This document shows, one piece after another, positions 31,666-41,575 of a DNA stretch of 64,000 nt; the first letter of the stretch is position 1, and every line of letters begins with the position of its first letter. A program made the translations under genes and the position numbers. The notes under the pieces are model-generated. The model worked only from the letters and a program-made list of their open reading frames with translations, made no database searches and was not told the origin of the DNA. Origin of the DNA: Cyanobacteriota bacterium (GTDB lineage: Bacteria > Cyanobacteriota > Cyanobacteriia > Thermostichales > Thermostichaceae); contig JANRIL010000042.1 of assembly GCA_033764955.1 (NCBI GenBank), forward strand, positions 64,001-128,000. Direction: 5' to 3'.

Positions 31666-33531
31666 TTGATTTTGCTTTCGACTGCTTCCGACTCGTCTGA
31701 ACAATCCCGCCAACAGAGCGACTGGCGGTTGTTAGGGGCGCTCTGGCCCTATGCCCGTCGCCACTGGAGTTATTTGGTATGGTCGCTGGTTTTCTTGCCC
31801 TTATTGGCGTTCGCTGATGCCGTGCAGCCCCTCATCCTGCAACGGGCGATTGATGGCCCAATTGCTCAAGCGCTGGCGGAAGGACAGTTAGCCATCTCCG
31901 GCTTAACGATCTACATAGTTTGGCTCCTGTTAACAGTTGTTGCCCGTCTAGTCTTTCAGGGGTTGGAGGGCTACACCAGCCAGACCTTGGGGCAACTGAT
32001 GACCCGTGATATTCGTTCCGATTTATTTGCCCACATCCTGCGCCTACCTGCCCGTTTTTTCGACCGAACCCCCGTAGGCAGGTTGATCACCCGCATTACC
32101 AGTGATGTGGAAGCCTTGGGGGATGTATTTTCCACGGGAACCATTGGCATAGTCAGTGATCTCTTTACCTTGCTGGTAATCGGGGTGGTCATGATCAGTC
32201 AGCGCTGGGACTTGGGGCTGTTGATGGTGGGTCTGGTCATCCCGATGGCTGTCTTGGTGATCGGGCTGCAACGGCGCTACCGCGATGCTAATTTTCGGGT
32301 GCGGGAGGAGCTGTCTCGTCTCAACTCCTGGCTACAAGAAAATATCTTGGGGGTGAATGTTGTCCAACTGTTTCGGCGGGAGCGTCTGAACGGGGAGATT
32401 TTTCGGGATATCAATCGCCGCTATATTCAGGAAGTCGATGCCACAATTTTTTATGATTCGGTGTTGTCGGCCATTTTGGAATGGGTGGCATGGCTAGCCG
32501 TGGCGGCTCTCCTCTGGGTGGGTGGGCAGCAGATTTTGCAGGCGAGTTTACCGAATTGGGTGGCTCAAACGTCGGGATCCCTCCCTCTGCCTGGTAACGG
32601 GGATCCCCTTACCTTTGGCAGTCTCTACGCTTTTATTCTTTTTTCTCAGCGATTTTTTAACCCTCTCCGCCAACTGGCCGAGAAATTTACCTCTCTACAG
32701 GCGGGTTTTACGGCGGTGGAACGGATCACCAGTATTTTGAACCTGACTCCTGACATTCAGGATCCCCCGCAGCCGCGCACCTTGCCCTCACAGGGAGGCG
32801 GAGAAATTGCTTTTGAGCATGTCTGGTTTGGTTACTCCGAGGGGGAGTGGGTGCTCAAGGATCTCAACTTTACCGTCAGACCTGGGGAAAAAATTGCCCT
32901 AGTCGGACCAACGGGAGCCGGAAAAAGTTCGATTATTCGTCTGCTCTGTCGATTGTATGAGGTGAGTCGAGGGCGAATTTTAATTGATGGGGTGGATATC
33001 CGCGATCTGACTCAAGCAGAATTGCATCGGCAGGTAGGCGTGATTTTGCAGGACGGCTTTTTGTTTGCCGGAGACATTGTGGACAACATTACCCTCGGTG
33101 AAACCGGGGAATTAGCGGCGGTACAACACACGGCTCAACAGCTCAACCTGGATCCGTTTATTCAAGATTTGCCCAAAGGCTATCAAACCTCGGTGCGGGA
33201 GCGGGGCAACAACCTTTCTAGCGGACAAAAACAGTTGATTAGTTTTGTGCGAGCCATGTGGCGCAATCCCCGCATTTTGGTCTTGGATGAGGCCACTGCT
33301 AGTTTGGACATCGGCACGGAAGCTCTTCTACAAGAGGCACTGGATCATCTTCTCGACAACCGCACCGCCCTGATGATTGCCCACCGCCTTTCCACCATTC
33401 GGCAGGTGGATCGCATCTTAGTTCTGCAACGGGGGGAACTGAAAGAACAGGGATCCCATAGTGAGCTGATGGCCTTAAATGGCCTTTATGCCAGCCTCTA
33501 CCGCCTGCAAGATCTGGGATCCCCTGGTTAG
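31666..33531 (+). CDS. ABC exporter, fused permease/ATPase (MdlB-like)
   Basis: TM domain, GPTGAGKS, LSSGQKQL, LVLDEAT, IAHRLST. Confidence 0.93.
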   Translation: MILLSTASDSSEQSRQQSDWRLLGALWPYARRHWSYLVWSLVFLPLLAFADAVQPLILQRAIDGPIAQALAEGQLAISGLTIYIVWLLLTVVARLVFQGLEGYTSQTLGQLMTRDIRSDLFAHILRLPARFFDRTPVGRLITRITSDVEALGDVFSTGTIGIVSDLFTLLVIGVVMISQRWDLGLLMVGLVIPMAVLVIGLQRRYRDANFRVREELSRLNSWLQENILGVNVVQLFRRERLNGEIFRDINRRYIQEVDATIFYDSVLSAILEWVAWLAVAALLWVGGQQILQASLPNWVAQTSGSLPLPGNGDPLTFGSLYAFILFSQRFFNPLRQLAEKFTSLQAGFTAVERITSILNLTPDIQDPPQPRTLPSQGGGEIAFEHVWFGYSEGEWVLKDLNFTVRPGEKIALVGPTGAGKSSIIRLLCRLYEVSRGRILIDGVDIRDLTQAELHRQVGVILQDGFLFAGDIVDNITLGETGELAAVQHTAQQLNLDPFIQDLPKGYQTSVRERGNNLSSGQKQLISFVRAMWRNPRILVLDEATASLDIGTEALLQEALDHLLDNRTALMIAHRLSTIRQVDRILVLQRGELKEQGSHSELMALNGLYASLYRLQDLGSPG

Positions 33532-33643
33532 CTGAATACGCTAGAGGTAGCTAACAGCCAAACACTGGATTGGTGCGGATGATTGAGAGTTTTTAGTGCC
33601 GAGTTTGATCTGATCGGTCACCCCCCATCACCGGTAGACGGCG

Positions 33644-35350
33644 TTAAACCAATGGAGACTGCTTAAAGTGATCCGGTTGCCGCAGGATATCCATCACCTG
33701 CTCGGCAGGCAAGGGGCGACTAAAGAAATAGCCCTGCACATCATCACATCCCTGCGATCTTAAGTAATGGAACTGTTCGGCGGTTTCAACCCCTTCCGCT
33801 GTAATTTGCAGATCCAAGCTTTGACCGAGGGCAATAATCGCTTTGGCAATGGCGGCATCGCTGGCTTCCTGAGGGAGGTTACGCACAAAAGACTGATCAA
33901 TTTTTAGGGTATGGATAGGGAACCGCCGCAGATAATTAAGCGATGAATAACCCGTACCAAAGTCATCTAACGCCAATCGGATCCCCATCTGATGAAGCTG
34001 TTCGGTGATGGCAATCGCCTGCTCGATATTCTCCATCAAAATACTTTCGGTCAACTCAAGCTCTAAATAAGAGATATCCATCTCGGTTTCCGCAATAATT
34101 TGGTGAATAACTTCAACCAGATGAGGCTGACGAAACTGTCTTGCGGATAGATTCACAGCAATGCTAACGGGCGGTAGTCCGGCTTGTTTCCAGCGGCGAA
34201 ATTGTTGGCAAGCAGTGCGAAGCACCCACTCCCCAATTGATAAAATTAGATCACTGTCTTCCGCAATAGGGATAAATTTTCCAGGAGAAACCCATCCTAG
34301 CGTCGGATGATGCCATCGCAAGAGAGCCTCTAAAGACAACACTTGCAACTGTGCCAGTTCGATTTTCGGTTGATAGTGTAGGTGTAGCTGCTGGCGGGAT
34401 ATGGCCTCTCGCAGTTCTTGCTCTAAATATAAACGTTCTTGAAGTTGCGAATTAACCGTTGCATCATAAAACTGATAGGTATTACGTCCTGATTCTTTTG
34501 CTTGATGTCGGGCGATGTCGGAGTTTTTGAGGAGTTGGTCGCTACTACTTCCATCGTCCGGATAGAGAGTAATTCCTATGCTGGCAGTCATGTAGACTTG
34601 CTGGTTAGGATGAATAAAAAAAGGTTGAGTCAGAACTTGCAAGACACCTTTTGAGAATTGTTCAACATTACTTGTGCGAGAAGATGGGGTATGCAAAATA
34701 GCAAACTCATCACTGCCCAGTCGACATAAAATATCATTTTCGTGCAAGCAATTGGCTAGCCGACGGCTGACTTCTCGTAACACGTGATCGCCCTGTTCAT
34801 ATCCTAATGTAGTGTTGAACTGGCTAAATCGATCTAAGTCTAATGAGAGGAGATAGAAAGCCTGGTGATTTCGCTTGGCTGTTACCAAAGTTTCTTGCAG
34901 ATAGCTATGAAACAAAGATCGATTGGGGAGTCCTGTTAGTTGGTCATAGTTAGTCAAATGCCGCAGGGCTTCGTCCAGTTGTTTGATCGTGCGAACAGTA
35001 TCCGCCATCAACGTGCCAGCTTCATCGGTAAATTGCGTGGGCAAGCTGGGCAGTTTGCGCTCACGCAGATAGTCCCGCAGAGCTTTAGAAGCAAAAGTCA
35101 TTGGCACTAATAAATGATGCAAAGCCCAAAGGGTCAAGGCCGTACCGACTAATGTTGCCAGCAAGGCAATTAAGAGCACGGATAGGATATCATCCCAACG
35201 AAAGGAATGGCTGAGGATGAAATAAAAGAGAAGTCCCAAAAGCGGCACATGAGTTCCTAGAAAAGCAATCAACATAATCTTGCTTTCATAATTTCTCAGA
35301 TAGCTGACTCTGGAGAGAAAGCTATAAAACCGTAATTCGGGGCTGTACAT
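33644..35350 (-). CDS. Membrane GGDEF-EAL protein, probably a phosphodiesterase
   Basis: Two TM helices, HAMP-like linker, degenerate GSDEF, intact EAL and [10 protein letters not shown]. Confidence 0.9.
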   Translation of the reverse strand: MYSPELRFYSFLSRVSYLRNYESKIMLIAFLGTHVPLLGLLFYFILSHSFRWDDILSVLLIALLATLVGTALTLWALHHLLVPMTFASKALRDYLRERKLPSLPTQFTDEAGTLMADTVRTIKQLDEALRHLTNYDQLTGLPNRSLFHSYLQETLVTAKRNHQAFYLLSLDLDRFSQFNTTLGYEQGDHVLREVSRRLANCLHENDILCRLGSDEFAILHTPSSRTSNVEQFSKGVLQVLTQPFFIHPNQQVYMTASIGITLYPDDGSSSDQLLKNSDIARHQAKESGRNTYQFYDATVNSQLQERLYLEQELREAISRQQLHLHYQPKIELAQLQVLSLEALLRWHHPTLGWVSPGKFIPIAEDSDLILSIGEWVLRTACQQFRRWKQAGLPPVSIAVNLSARQFRQPHLVEVIHQIIAETEMDISYLELELTESILMENIEQAIAITEQLHQMGIRLALDDFGTGYSSLNYLRRFPIHTLKIDQSFVRNLPQEASDAAIAKAIIALGQSLDLQITAEGVETAEQFHYLRSQGCDDVQGYFFSRPLPAEQVMDILRQPDHFKQSPLV

Positions 35351-35658
35351 AAATACCTCAAACCAGGATTCGTAGGGGGTTTGACAAGCTTATTCAAGAT
35401 GCGTTTCAAAAATCTCAGAATCTGTCAGCAGATTGGAGTGGGATCCCTTTCCTCTCATACTGACAAACCGGAGCCAAATTTCCTAGGCCGTTTATCTGAA
35501 AAAATCTACGCGATTGACCTAAGTTTTCCCGTTAAGATTCTTTATTTTTATTGATGGGGGATTAAGGGATTGGGGAAACATCTCCTCCCTATTTAAGGAG
35601 AAGAAAGAGAGAAAGTAGAGAAATGCCTACCCCATTCCCAACTCTGCGCTAGGGATCC

Positions 35659-36687
35659 CTAGCCCTTGAAGCTATTGCTCAAGACTCGCCCTAGGGTCTT
35701 AAAATCTTCCAACACCCGCCCGGTTCCCAACACTACACAACTGAGGGGATCGGCAGCAATATGAACCAAAATGCCTGTTTCATGGCTGATCAGGGCATCC
35801 AATCCCTTGAGGAGAGCGCCCCCGCCCGCCAACATGATTCCTCGATCAATAATGTCCGCCGCTAGTTCGGGGGGCGTGCGTTCTAGGGTGCGCTTGATAG
35901 CTTCGACAATCACTGAGAGGGGTTCGGCCATGCTCTCGCGGATTTCAGGACTTTTGACGGTGACGGTGCGGGGTAGACCCGATAGCAAGTGTAAGCCCCT
36001 TACCTCCATCATCAGCTCTTCCTGGATGGGATAAGCGGAACCAATCTGGATTTTGATTTCTTCGGCGGTACGCTCCCCAATCGTCAGGTTATGAACTTTT
36101 TTCATGTATTGGGCGATGGCTTCACTCAACTCATCCCCAGCCACTCGCACCGACTCACTCAGGACAGTTCCCTGTAAACTCAACACCGCCACTTCGGTAG
36201 TGCCGCCGCCAATATCAATGATCATATTTCCCGTGGCTTCCTGCACGGGTAAGCCGGCTCCAATGGCCGCCGCTACGGGTTCTTCTACCAAATAAACCTC
36301 ACGGGATCCCGCTTGTAGGGCGGCTTCCATCACCGCTCGCCGCTCCACCCCCGTCACTCCACTGGGGATCCCGATGACAATTCGTGGGGCGATCAGATAA
36401 CGTCCTTCATGCACACGATGGATAAAGTGCTTGAGCATCATCTCCGCCGTATCAAAATCAGCGATCACCCCATCCCGCAGCGGACGCACTGCAATGATGT
36501 TGCCGGGGGTACGTCCCAGCATTTTTTTGGCATCTTCTCCCACCGCCAGCGGTTGTTTCGTATTTTGATCAATCGCCACCACGGAGGGTTCTTGCAAAAC
36601 AATTCCCCGCCCCGCCACGTATACCAACGTATTGGCCGTTCCCAGATCAATTCCCATATCGCGGGAAAACCGACTAAACAACCCCAC
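35659..36687 (-). CDS. mreB: Rod shape-determining actin-like protein
   Basis: [37 protein letters not shown]. Confidence 0.97.
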   Translation of the reverse strand: MGLFSRFSRDMGIDLGTANTLVYVAGRGIVLQEPSVVAIDQNTKQPLAVGEDAKKMLGRTPGNIIAVRPLRDGVIADFDTAEMMLKHFIHRVHEGRYLIAPRIVIGIPSGVTGVERRAVMEAALQAGSREVYLVEEPVAAAIGAGLPVQEATGNMIIDIGGGTTEVAVLSLQGTVLSESVRVAGDELSEAIAQYMKKVHNLTIGERTAEEIKIQIGSAYPIQEELMMEVRGLHLLSGLPRTVTVKSPEIRESMAEPLSVIVEAIKRTLERTPPELAADIIDRGIMLAGGGALLKGLDALISHETGILVHIAADPLSCVVLGTGRVLEDFKTLGRVLSNSFKG

Positions 36688-37332
36688 AGTGCCCAGCTCC
36701 AAACGAGAGTCTTGAATCGTTGCCAGAGGTCAGCCTAGCGCAAGCTGCTTAACCTTGGGCTAACGTTGCCTGAATAATGTCCTCTACTATAGACGATACC
36801 CCTTGGGTTAGTCCCCCCTGGGTAGATCGTCTGGACGGGGATCCCTGCTTCTGGAATCCGCGACCGCCTGAGTGGAAAAACGTGTGGATTGGTGAGTTTT
36901 TTATCAGTGATGATTGGAGTATTAAGGCTAAATCTTAGCTATAGCTTGGTGCTTTACTATACACTCAGTTTCTGAAAGGCTGACCAAATCAGTGTTTTGG
37001 CTCGGTCAATGCGTTCTCTAATTTTTCTCCTTTTCTGTCTAGTATAAGTGGTTACCAGGTCAATTCAGGGGGATACTTGAACAGTCCTATCTGATACAGT
37101 ATTTTTTGGGTTATCTGGCAATCTGTTAAGAAATACCTTGAATAGGCAATATTCAACCCCTATTGTCGCTTATAAAGGGCAAATCTTGCGCTTGCTCATT
37201 CTTGCTCTCCCTACCCCCTGTTTGCTGAGTAACGGTAGTCAGTCAACTTGCATCGTTGCGATTTTCCTCCTCTCGCACTCACTTGCTTTTGCATGGTTTT
37301 GGGTTATTGGCTTTTTTTAGGAGATAGACCGC

Positions 37333-38544
37333 ATGACCACCCCTTCCTTTCCCCCTCATAGCGTTGTCAGTCAACTGCAACAGCTTAGTCAGGTGCAGTT
37401 TAGTGGGCGGGTTCAGATCGAGGCAGAAACCTCACAAGTCGAGGGATGGAACCTTTATTTTTGTCTGGGACGCTTGGTTTGGGCGACGGGCGGATCCCAT
37501 CCGATTCGGCGGCTGCATCGCCTGCTCAATCAATTTTGTCCGCAGAGCCAAGCTGCTCAAGAACTTCCTGCTACGGCAGCGATGCGTTGTTGGGACTATC
37601 ATTTTTTGACCTTTTTGGTAAGGCGGCAACGCATCACCCGCGAACAAGTGGTAGCGATCATCGACCAGACCGTAGGAGAAGTGCTGTTTGATGTTTTGCA
37701 GGCAGAGGCCAATGGCTTGACGGTGATTACGGATCGCCAAGAATCGTTGGATACTCCCCTCACCGTGATCAACGTTGAAGTGGTTCGGCAACGGGCGGAA
37801 GAAGCGTGGCTAAATTGGCAGCAGGCTGGTTTGGCCGATCGCTCCCCCGATTTAGCCCTATGGATTGCCCGTCCAGAGCTTCTGCGGGAGCAGGTTTCGC
37901 CAGCCGTCTTTGATCATCTCAGTCTGTTGTTAGATGGCAAGCGCTCCTTACGGGAATTAGGGGTGGTGATGCAGCAAGATGTGTTGTTGGTGGCTCGTTC
38001 CCTCCTGCCCTACGTCAGCAAAGGTATCTTGGTCTTTACCCCCGTCAAGGATCCCCAATCTACTAGCCAGCCCACCCCCCGTGAGGCCACCGATCATACG
38101 GCTCTCTATGCGGGATCCCTAGTCGCCTGCATTGACGACAGTCCAACGGTTTGTGAGACGATGCGAACCATTTTGACGCAGGCGGGTTATCGCTTCCTAG
38201 GGATCCAAGACTCTACACAGGTTTTACCCACCCTCCTGGATCGCAAGCCCGATTTAATCTTTTTAGATCTGATCATGCCGGTTGCTAACGGTTATGAACT
38301 CTGTGCCCAAATTCGCCGCATGTCTGCTTTCAAAAATACACCGATTGTCATTTTGACGGGAAACGACGGGATCATTGACCGGATGCGTGCCAAAATGGTT
38401 GGCTCCACCGACTTTGTGGCAAAGCCCATCGATAGTCAACAGGTTTTGCAAACTCTGGCAAAGCACTTAAAACAACAACCTCCCGCTTCTCTTCATTCCA
38501 CCTCCATTAGCAGTTTGCCTACCTATACCCAAGCAACCGCCTGA
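37333..38544 (+). CDS. PatA-family response regulator (PATAN + REC), paralog 1
   Basis: FSGRVQI...WNLYFCLGRLVWATGG PATAN pattern; C-terminal REC CIDDS...FLDLIMP. Confidence 0.88.
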   Translation: MTTPSFPPHSVVSQLQQLSQVQFSGRVQIEAETSQVEGWNLYFCLGRLVWATGGSHPIRRLHRLLNQFCPQSQAAQELPATAAMRCWDYHFLTFLVRRQRITREQVVAIIDQTVGEVLFDVLQAEANGLTVITDRQESLDTPLTVINVEVVRQRAEEAWLNWQQAGLADRSPDLALWIARPELLREQVSPAVFDHLSLLLDGKRSLRELGVVMQQDVLLVARSLLPYVSKGILVFTPVKDPQSTSQPTPREATDHTALYAGSLVACIDDSPTVCETMRTILTQAGYRFLGIQDSTQVLPTLLDRKPDLIFLDLIMPVANGYELCAQIRRMSAFKNTPIVILTGNDGIIDRMRAKMVGSTDFVAKPIDSQQVLQTLAKHLKQQPPASLHSTSISSLPTYTQATA

Positions 38545-38965
38545 TCACTCCCAAGACGAAAGACAGGGATCCCTATTTTTCAGGAGTTTACTGCGGAGCG
38601 GAGGGATTCCCGATCCAGGTGACCAAGCCCTAGATCTGGGTTGGGGTTCTCTCAGCAATTTCCCCGACCAGCATCAGACAGATAAGGGTTATTTCTAGAA
38701 CCCTCTTCGTAGTTATGCGTAAGCCAATCATCGTAGCTCTGAGCCAGAATGCTGAATATCCTCGGCATCTAAGGGACTTACGTGAAATTCAGGATGTTTC
38801 TTTTGAAGCCACCACGGTAGCGTATCTTTAGCTCCAGAAATCAATCAGCTAAAACTGCCATATATCTTCATATATCACCTTCATGCCAGTAGTATGTTGA
38901 TGTTGAGAGTGATGATTCGGCATTAGCTAAACAACGGAGCCAACAGAATTTCGCAGGACATTCTC

Positions 38966-40189
38966 ATGATCAGTCAACCCAATCAGCCCCACTGGATTCA
39001 ATTTTTGAGTGCCCGTTTTGAAGCCCTCAGTCGGATGCAATTTAGCGGACGTATGGATCTGACTACCCAGCGGGGAGCCAGTTGGGTCTTCTACTTCTAT
39101 CAAGGGAAGCTAGCGTGGGGCAGTGGGGGACGACATGCTGTGCGGCGGTGGCGGCGGTTGATGAGCCAGTTTTGCCCGCAGGTTGATCTGGAGACCCTGA
39201 CCGTGCGCGGCTCCGATCAAGGGATCCCTTGCCTGGACTATCACGCTTTGCATGTCCTGTTGAAGCGTCATGTGATCACTTATGAACAAATGCTGATCAT
39301 GGTTGACCATACTATTACGGAAATTCTTTTTGATATTTTTCAGTCCAGCGAAGATTGTAGCTATGTCTGTGACGCTCAGACCATGGCGGAATCGCCGAGT
39401 GCGCTACTGGCTCTAGAGCAAGTGTGGCCGAAAGCTAAGCAAAACTGGGATTGGTGGCATCAGGCAGGATTAGCGGATTACTCCCCCCTTTCGGCACCGG
39501 TGCTACGCCGTCAACTCAAAGATCAAGTTTCGCGGCAGGTCTATGAAACGATGGTGGCGGTTATGGATGGGCGGCGTTCCCTCAAGGACTTGGCGCTGCT
39601 GATGCGGCAGGATCTTTTGAATCTGACCCGTTCCCTTTTGCCCTATATTCAGCAGCAATCCATTGATTTGGTGGATATCCCCGATTTCGAGCCGCTTGCG
39701 TTTGCGGCGGCTCCGCCGCAGGTGAAGGGAGCATTGGTGGCCTGCATTGATGACAGCCCTTTGGTGGGACAAACCATGCAGCAGATCTTAACCCACGCCG
39801 GTTATCGCTTTGTCGGGATCCAAGATTCGGCGATGGCTCTAACCACCTTGCTGGAGCAAAAGCCCGATTTTATCTTTTTAGATCTGGTCATGCCTGTCGC
39901 TAATGGCTATGAAATTTGCGCCCAGATTCGTCGCATGTCCGCCTTCAAAAACACGCCCATTGTTATCCTGACAGGCAACGATGGCTTAGTGGATCGGATG
40001 CGCGCCAAGATGGTTGGATCTACAGATTTTATGGCCAAACCGATTGAGTCGGCGCAGGTCCTCGCCGTCCTGCAAAAATACTTGCCTTCTCAGGTTCGTG
40101 TTCTCGACTCAACAGCTCCCCTCATCCCTAACCAAGAGAACCGCCAATCCATGAGTGTGATGGGCTTACAGTATAAGCAAGCGGTTTGA
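38966..40189 (+). CDS. PatA-family response regulator (PATAN + REC), paralog 2
   Basis: FSGRMDL...WVFYFYQGKLAWGSGG; REC very similar to paralog 1. Confidence 0.88.
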   Translation: MISQPNQPHWIQFLSARFEALSRMQFSGRMDLTTQRGASWVFYFYQGKLAWGSGGRHAVRRWRRLMSQFCPQVDLETLTVRGSDQGIPCLDYHALHVLLKRHVITYEQMLIMVDHTITEILFDIFQSSEDCSYVCDAQTMAESPSALLALEQVWPKAKQNWDWWHQAGLADYSPLSAPVLRRQLKDQVSRQVYETMVAVMDGRRSLKDLALLMRQDLLNLTRSLLPYIQQQSIDLVDIPDFEPLAFAAAPPQVKGALVACIDDSPLVGQTMQQILTHAGYRFVGIQDSAMALTTLLEQKPDFIFLDLVMPVANGYEICAQIRRMSAFKNTPIVILTGNDGLVDRMRAKMVGSTDFMAKPIESAQVLAVLQKYLPSQVRVLDSTAPLIPNQENRQSMSVMGLQYKQAV

Positions 40190-40370
40190 GCGGAGATGAG
40201 CGGGAAGAGCTGACTGGCCTGATGAAGATCTGATGGAACCTTAATGGGAGGATGCAAAAGAGAGATAGCCGGGAAATTTCCTTTGGTAAACTGAGTGATG
40301 ATTAGTATTTTTTGCCGCTACTCGTCCTTTCACCAACCCTTTACCTGTCCTTTCACCAAGTTGAGATTTT

Positions 40371-40733
40371 GTGAGCACTGTTTTAGTTGTTGAAGATAGC
40401 ACAACCGAATTAGAGATTATCAGCCGTTGCTTGCAACAAGCGGGCATGGCCGTAATTAGTGCCAAAAGCGGAGAAGAAGCTCAGACAAAATTGGCATCCC
40501 AGCAACCGGATTTGATTGTTTTGGATGTGATTTTGCCGGGTCAGAGTGGATTTGAGCTATGTCGAGAACTGCGCGCCGACAGCAAAACCTCCGGGATCCC
40601 GATTATTATTTGCTCCACCAAGGGAACCGATGTAGACAAAATGTGGGGAGATATGCTGGGAGCCAATGCCTACTTGACTAAGCCTATTGATCAGGCGGAA
40701 TTGGTTGCAGCCGTGCGCCGCTTGATTAAATAG
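40371..40733 (+). CDS. CheY-like single-domain response regulator (PixH-like)
   Basis: VLVVEDS, VLDVILP, YLTKP; GTG start. Confidence 0.9.
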   Translation: MSTVLVVEDSTTELEIISRCLQQAGMAVISAKSGEEAQTKLASQQPDLIVLDVILPGQSGFELCRELRADSKTSGIPIIICSTKGTDVDKMWGDMLGANAYLTKPIDQAELVAAVRRLIK

Positions 40734-40821
40734 TTCGGCTCTCCCTCGATTTTGTCCATTTTCTCAACCTAGCTCTCCCCAAAACGGCTGTTTCTCCCCC
40801 ATCTCTTGAGGCCATGTTGTT

Positions 40822-41316
40822 ATGGAATCTGCCTTGGCGACTCCGGCCACCGGAACGCGCTTTTTGCGGTTTTCGGTTGGTCTTGCCGAACAAGCCCTTT
40901 TATCGGTTGATCACATTCAGGATGTTTTTCCTTTGGTGATCGGAGAGATTTTGCCGATGCCGGAGGTAGCAACGGCTGTGATGGGTCTCTATAATCGGCG
41001 GGGATCCATTCTCTGGCTAGTGGACTTGGGCTACCTGCTGGGATCCCCCCCAGTAGCGACCCACTCCGCCACCACCAGTGGCTCTTTGATGACGATCACT
41101 CTAGATGTGGATCAGCAGGGGTTGGGGTTGGTGGTGCCACAGGTGCAAGATATTGAATGGCAAGATCCACAGGCTATTCAGTCGGAGCTGAGGGGGGTTT
41201 TCACTCCAGAAGTAGCTCAGTTTTTGCAGGGTTATCTTGTGGATGCTGATGCCTCTATCTTGATGGTTTTAGATCCGTTGGCACTGCTGCAAAGCAATCA
41301 ATGGCAATCGATTTGA
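40822..41316 (+). CDS. CheW-like adaptor (PixI-like)
   Basis: PMPEV...VMGLYNRRGSILWLVDL. Confidence 0.88.
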   Translation: MESALATPATGTRFLRFSVGLAEQALLSVDHIQDVFPLVIGEILPMPEVATAVMGLYNRRGSILWLVDLGYLLGSPPVATHSATTSGSLMTITLDVDQQGLGLVVPQVQDIEWQDPQAIQSELRGVFTPEVAQFLQGYLVDADASILMVLDPLALLQSNQWQSI

Positions 41317-41575
41317 TTTCCCACCCATGCGGGCAATCTCGCCAGTATATTTTGAATAAGGATTTGGATTATTAGATCCTTTTTGATAAAGAATTTAGGG
41401 ATCCTATTCTTGTCAACTATTACCCAAATATTATGTGCCTATATTTTGAGCGTCAGTTCTCGAAAACCCAATCAAAAACTCAATAGGGTTGCTGTGGATC
41501 CCCTTCACGTCAAGACCCATTTAACAACATTTTATTGAGTCTAGTTTTTTCCATCATCCACCAAGGACACCCACC

